A DNA stretch of 32,000 nucleotides from assembly GCF_000341395.1 (NCBI RefSeq), contig NC_020304.1, positions 3,180,001 to 3,212,000 on the forward strand. The letters are read 5' to 3'. Positions 28,295-32,000 of this stretch are shown one piece after another. A program made the position numbers and the translations under genes. The stretch comes from Desulfocapsa sulfexigens DSM 10523. GTDB lineage: Bacteria; Desulfobacterota; Desulfobulbia; Desulfobulbales; Desulfocapsaceae. Numbering within the stretch: position 1 is the stretch's first letter; each line of letters begins with the position of its first letter. A model generated the notes under the pieces. The model was not told the DNA's origin. It was given only the letters and a program-made list of their open reading frames with translations, and searched no databases.

Positions 28295-29641
28295 TTACTT
28301 TTTTAATACTCCCTGTAAAGAATGATGGCCTGCATGAAGAATACGGGCTGTAGCGATATCACCAGGTTTGCAGCTGTTCACTTCGCCTGTAATATGGACC
28401 AGGTGGTTTGTTCCGGTTCTTGCGACAATAGCATCACCATCGTTTTTTTCAATCATCATGGGAAGCTCTTGACCGACATACTTTTTATTATGTTCAAGGC
28501 AGATTTCATCCTGCCTTGTCTGAAAACGAAGTAATCGCTCGGCCTTAACGGATTCTTCAACCTTATCCTCAAACGCTGAAGAGCGCGTTCCTGGTCGGTC
28601 TGAGTATTTAAAAGAGTATGACCCGTGATAATAAACTTCTTCCAACAGAGCCATGGTCTCCTCGAAGTCCTCATTCGTCTCACCGGGAAAACCGACTATC
28701 ATATCAGTGGTGATGGCAATTTCAGGGCAATACGAACGCAGGGCAGCAACTTTTTCCAGATATAGCTCACGGCTGTATTTGCGATTCATTAAGGAGAGTA
28801 TTCGGTTTGAACCGGACTGAACAGGAAGGTGAAAATGTGGACAGAGAATATCAACTTCGGCAAAGCAGCGCATCAGGTCATCGGAAAGATCTTTTGGGTT
28901 GGACGTTGTGAAGCGAAGCTGTCTCAGGCCAGGAATAGAAGCTACCTGGCGAAGTAGGTCGCTAAAACTGAAGGATCCATTTCCTTCTATTACGTTATTG
29001 GTTTTGCCGTAGGAATTCACGTTTTGCCCAAGAAGGGTGATTTCCTTCACCCCACCATCAACCAACGCGCGAGCTTCTTGGAGTATATGGCTGGCCTGTC
29101 GTGATATTTCGCGTCCCCTTGTGTAAGGTACGACACAATAGGTGCAGTAGTTGTTGCATCCCTGCATAATGGTGAGAAACTTTTTAAACACCACGGGGCC
29201 TACCTCACTCTCCTGTTTGCCAAGATCAGGGATAAAGGCAGGAATACTGTAATTGTCTACAAGGGAGGTAGCGACTGTCTGCTGTTTTTTCTCCTTAAGC
29301 AATTCGGCAAGCTCGTAGATATTCTGAGTTCCAACCACAAGGTCAACATGGGGCATACGTTCTATGATCTGCTGTCCTTCCTGCTGCGCAACGCAGCCGG
29401 CAACACAAATTTTTAGATTTGGATTTCGTTTTTTCTGTTTTCGCAACACTCCAAGGAGACTCATTACTTTTTGTTCGGCTTTTGCACGGATGGAGCAGGT
29501 GTTCAGAATAATCAAATCAGCTGTTTCAGAGTCACTGGTCTCGACATATCCTTTTTCTCCAAGGAGTTGGGCCATTATCTCAGAATCTCGCAGATTCATC
29601 TGACAGCCAAATGTTTTTATAAAAAACGTTTTTGAGTGCAT
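28295..29641 (-). CDS. miaB: tRNA-2-methylthio-N6-dimethylallyladenosine synthase (MiaB methylthiotransferase)
   Basis: Start at MHSKTFFIKTFGCQMNLRDSE (29641), downstream of the ORF-track start. Radical SAM motif GCNNYCTYCVVPYTRGREISR; C-terminal TRAM-like region. Confidence 0.95.
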   Translation of the reverse strand: MHSKTFFIKTFGCQMNLRDSEIMAQLLGEKGYVETSDSETADLIILNTCSIRAKAEQKVMSLLGVLRKQKKRNPNLKICVAGCVAQQEGQQIIERMPHVDLVVGTQNIYELAELLKEKKQQTVATSLVDNYSIPAFIPDLGKQESEVGPVVFKKFLTIMQGCNNYCTYCVVPYTRGREISRQASHILQEARALVDGGVKEITLLGQNVNSYGKTNNVIEGNGSFSFSDLLRQVASIPGLRQLRFTTSNPKDLSDDLMRCFAEVDILCPHFHLPVQSGSNRILSLMNRKYSRELYLEKVAALRSYCPEIAITTDMIVGFPGETNEDFEETMALLEEVYYHGSYSFKYSDRPGTRSSAFEDKVEESVKAERLLRFQTRQDEICLEHNKKYVGQELPMMIEKNDGDAIVARTGTNHLVHITGEVNSCKPGDIATARILHAGHHSLQGVLKK

Positions 29642-29663
29642 GATAGGGTATTGTTTCAGTTTC

Positions 29664-29888
29664 TCAATGATTAATGGAAGACACAGGCTTGATGGAACTC
29701 GCAAGTTCAGAGAGCAGGGGGTAGAGTATTCCTGCCTTTTCCAGTGGATAACGAACACAGACACAGCCTTTCTCTCCAGGAACAGTGGAAAGAAGGCAGA
29801 GGCCGTCATATGCCTCGAGGATAAATTTCAGAAAATGGTATCTTGCCGGATTTATCCTTAGGTACAAAGGGATAAGATTAATAGACAT
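29664..29888 (-). CDS. Small DUF4911-like protein between purB and miaB
   Basis: 74 aa: MSINLIPLYLRINPARYHFLKFILEAYDGLCLLSTVPGEKGCVCVRYPLEKAGILYPLLSELA. Begins 8 nt after the purB stop codon and ends 22 nt before the miaB start; resembles DUF4911 proteins. Confidence 0.7.
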   Translation of the reverse strand: MSINLIPLYLRINPARYHFLKFILEAYDGLCLLSTVPGEKGCVCVRYPLEKAGILYPLLSELASSIKPVSSINH

Positions 29889-29896
29889 AAAAAAAA

Positions 29897-31342
29897 TCAG
29901 ACGGAAAGGGAAGAGTCAACTTCACCCATCTGGTGTTCCCTTGCAGCCAGCAGCGGAACTACCACCTCGCGAATGTATTCATCTGTCTGAGCCGAGGCGC
30001 GTCCTGTGAACTGAGTATAATCACCAACGAGTCCCATAAGATCGTCAAGGGTGAAGGGGATACGGTCATCCTGCGCCAGCCTCTCAAGAAGGTCATTGTC
30101 AAGACCTTCTTCTTTAACGACCCTTCCTGCAGCAAGCGAATGCTCCTTGATAACCTCATGCATTTCCTGCCGGCTTTCACCTTTTTCAACAGCTTCCATA
30201 AGGATTTTTTCAGTGGACATAAATGGGAGTTCCATTCGAAGGTGCCGTTCGATCTGTTTCGGAAATACAACCATTTGGCTCGTTATGTTTACGTATAACT
30301 TAAGGATAGCATCCGTGAGGAGAAAGGCCTGGGGAATATCCATCCGGCGAATTGCTGAATCATCAAGTGTCCGCTCGAACCATTGATTTGAAAAGGTTGC
30401 TGCGAAGTCGGCGGGAAGACCCATCAGTTTACGGGAGAGGCCTGTCAGTCTTTCTGAACGCATGGGGTTTCGCTTGTAAGCCATGGCTGAAGAACCTGTC
30501 TGGTTTTTGGCAAATGGTTCTTCCTGAACCTTGAGGTTGGAGAGCAGTCGCATATCCACTGCAAATTTATGGGCAGATGCGCCAATTCCTGCAAGGGTTT
30601 CGGCAAGCTTCATGTCAAGCTTTCTCGGGTATGTCTGACCTGTTACCGCAAAGACCTTATCAAAGCCAAGTTTTTTTGAAACAAGAGTGTCTAATTGTCT
30701 GACTTTTTCGTTATCACCATGAAACAACTCTATAAATGTGGCCTGGGTGCCTACGGTACCCTTAGCACCTCTGGCTTTAATCTGATCAAAAAAAGTGTCA
30801 ATATATTCAAGATCCATAACAAGATCCTGAATATAAAGGGTGTTTCTTTTACCAACGGTTGTTGGTTGCGCTGGCTGGTAATGGGTAAACCCGAGGGTAG
30901 GGAGGTTTTTGTGTTCCAGACAGAATTTGGCAAGATTGGATATAACCTTAAGGACACCTTTGCGGATCAAATCCAGTGCCTGCTTCTGAATAAGCAGGTC
31001 AGTATTGCAGACAACGAATTGGGATGTGGCACCAAGGTGGATAATCCCTTCAGCTTTTGGGCATTTACTCCCAAATTCGAAAACATGGGCCATTACATCA
31101 TGGCGGATTTCCTTTTCTTTAGCTGCGGCTACGTCAAAATCGATATTATGAACATTGGCGTTCATTTCATCAAGCATTTCCTGGGTGATTATATCTGTGA
31201 GACCGAGTTCGAATTGGGCCTCAGCCAAAGCAACCCAGCACTTTCGCCAATTAGTAAATTTTGTCTTTTCTGAAAAAAGCTCCTGCATGTCGCGACTTGT
31301 GTATCTGCTGACAAGAGGTTCCTGGTATATATCTCTATTCAT
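29897..31342 (-). CDS. purB: Adenylosuccinate lyase
   Basis: Signature GSSAMAYKRNPMRSE; TRGTVGTQATFIELF-type region (AKGTVGTQATFIELF). Likely start MNRDIYQEPLVSRYTS at 31342 with upstream GGAG; the ORF-track start at 31483 is too long. Confidence 0.95.
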   Translation of the reverse strand: MNRDIYQEPLVSRYTSRDMQELFSEKTKFTNWRKCWVALAEAQFELGLTDIITQEMLDEMNANVHNIDFDVAAAKEKEIRHDVMAHVFEFGSKCPKAEGIIHLGATSQFVVCNTDLLIQKQALDLIRKGVLKVISNLAKFCLEHKNLPTLGFTHYQPAQPTTVGKRNTLYIQDLVMDLEYIDTFFDQIKARGAKGTVGTQATFIELFHGDNEKVRQLDTLVSKKLGFDKVFAVTGQTYPRKLDMKLAETLAGIGASAHKFAVDMRLLSNLKVQEEPFAKNQTGSSAMAYKRNPMRSERLTGLSRKLMGLPADFAATFSNQWFERTLDDSAIRRMDIPQAFLLTDAILKLYVNITSQMVVFPKQIERHLRMELPFMSTEKILMEAVEKGESRQEMHEVIKEHSLAAGRVVKEEGLDNDLLERLAQDDRIPFTLDDLMGLVGDYTQFTGRASAQTDEYIREVVVPLLAAREHQMGEVDSSLSV

Positions 31343-31577
31343 GGCTATCTCCATTTTGAATGGTTTCGGTTGTTTATTTGGGTGGGAAAAATAAAAAACC
31401 AATATTTTACCATCTTTTAGGTAAAAGCGAAAGGGAGCTCGGTGTTGCCCTGATACATTGAAGAGGGCAGGTAAAATTTTCAAAAAACATCAACCCACAT
31501 GAGTTAAAGCGTGTTGTGGTATATGTTTAGCATCTAGCTGGAGTATCGTTATTATATTTGTTTCAACAAGAGCATCA

Positions 31578-32000
31578 TCAAAGGAGGGAAATTGTATCCC
31601 AACCTCTTTCCTTCGCAATAATAGCTAGTTTTTCATCAGGATCTACGGCAATAGCAGTGTCAACCAACTCCATCAAGGGGAGGTCGTTGTGGGAGTCGCT
31701 GTAAAATAAACTACCATTCAGGGACTCATTGTTTTCATCAAGCCATTGACGTATTCTGGTAACCTTTCCAGAACTAAAACAAGGTGTCCCTTCAATTGAA
31801 TTTGTAAATTTCCCTTCAACCATTTTCACTTCAGTTGCCAAAAGATTATCAATACCAAAATATTTCACAATCGGCTTGGTGATAAAACTATTCGTAGCAG
31901 TGATAACAATTAAAGTGTGCCCCTGGGCCCTGTGAGATTCAACCAGATCAATGGCTTTTTGCCGAATTAAAGGAAGAATGACAGTATCCATGAATTCTTC
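31578..32000 (-). CDS. HAD-IB family hydrolase (SerB-like phosphatase), N-terminus beyond window edge
   Basis: Frame stays open through the right edge (EEFMDTVILPLIRQKAIDLVESHRAQGHTLIVITATNSFITKPIVKYFGIDNLLATEV; YSDSHNDLPLMELVDTAIAVDPDEKLAIIAKERGW). Confidence 0.85.
   Translation of the reverse strand, partial: EEFMDTVILPLIRQKAIDLVESHRAQGHTLIVITATNSFITKPIVKYFGIDNLLATEVKMVEGKFTNSIEGTPCFSSGKVTRIRQWLDENNESLNGSLFYSDSHNDLPLMELVDTAIAVDPDEKLAIIAKERGWDTISLL

Noticed and set aside
1-32000. CRISPR arrays, tRNA/rRNA, retron, phage or defence islands
   Set aside because: Read for regular spaced repeats, reverse transcriptase, nuclease, integrase and transposase motifs and tRNA-like cloverleafs; none was recognised. 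A formal tRNAscan-SE, CRISPR finder and PADLOC/DefenseFinder run would be needed to confirm absence.

Overview
This 32 kb window is a mostly chromosomal-looking, gene-dense segment, probably from a Desulfobulbales-like Desulfobacterota bacterium (taxonomy is inference from gene content and style only). I find about 25 supportable coding features. No CRISPR array, transposase, integrase, phage or toxin/defence module, rRNA or tRNA was recognised. Main blocks: (1) a decayed DJ-1/PfpI pseudogene at the left edge, then a GlsB/YeaQ membrane protein, a TPM-domain lipoprotein, a SpoIIAA/STAS-like protein, a transglutaminase-like protease and rsgA; (2) a minus-strand cassette made of a multi-TM histidine kinase, a response regulator with an ArsR-like winged-helix output, and a secreted ethylbenzene-dehydrogenase-type haem-binding-domain protein with a CX3CH motif, with a perfect 18-bp palindrome (TGTGAAGTATACTTCACA) in the gap before the last gene; (3) divergent envelope genes (MipA/OmpV-like barrel, DUF3943); (4) a DUF711 gene; (5) a MarR / membrane fusion protein / RND pump / TolC operon bracketed by two hybrid histidine kinases, one cytoplasmic PAS-PAS and one BvgS-like with tandem SBP_bac_3 domains; (6) a threonine-aldolase-like gene, a UspA protein, a BASS-type transporter, miaB, a small DUF4911-like gene, purB and a truncated HAD-IB phosphatase. 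The best candidate for something under-described is block 2 and its clustered TTCACA/TGTGAA half-sites. I do not see strong evidence for a wholly novel system. Family names come from recognising motifs by eye; no database search was run.
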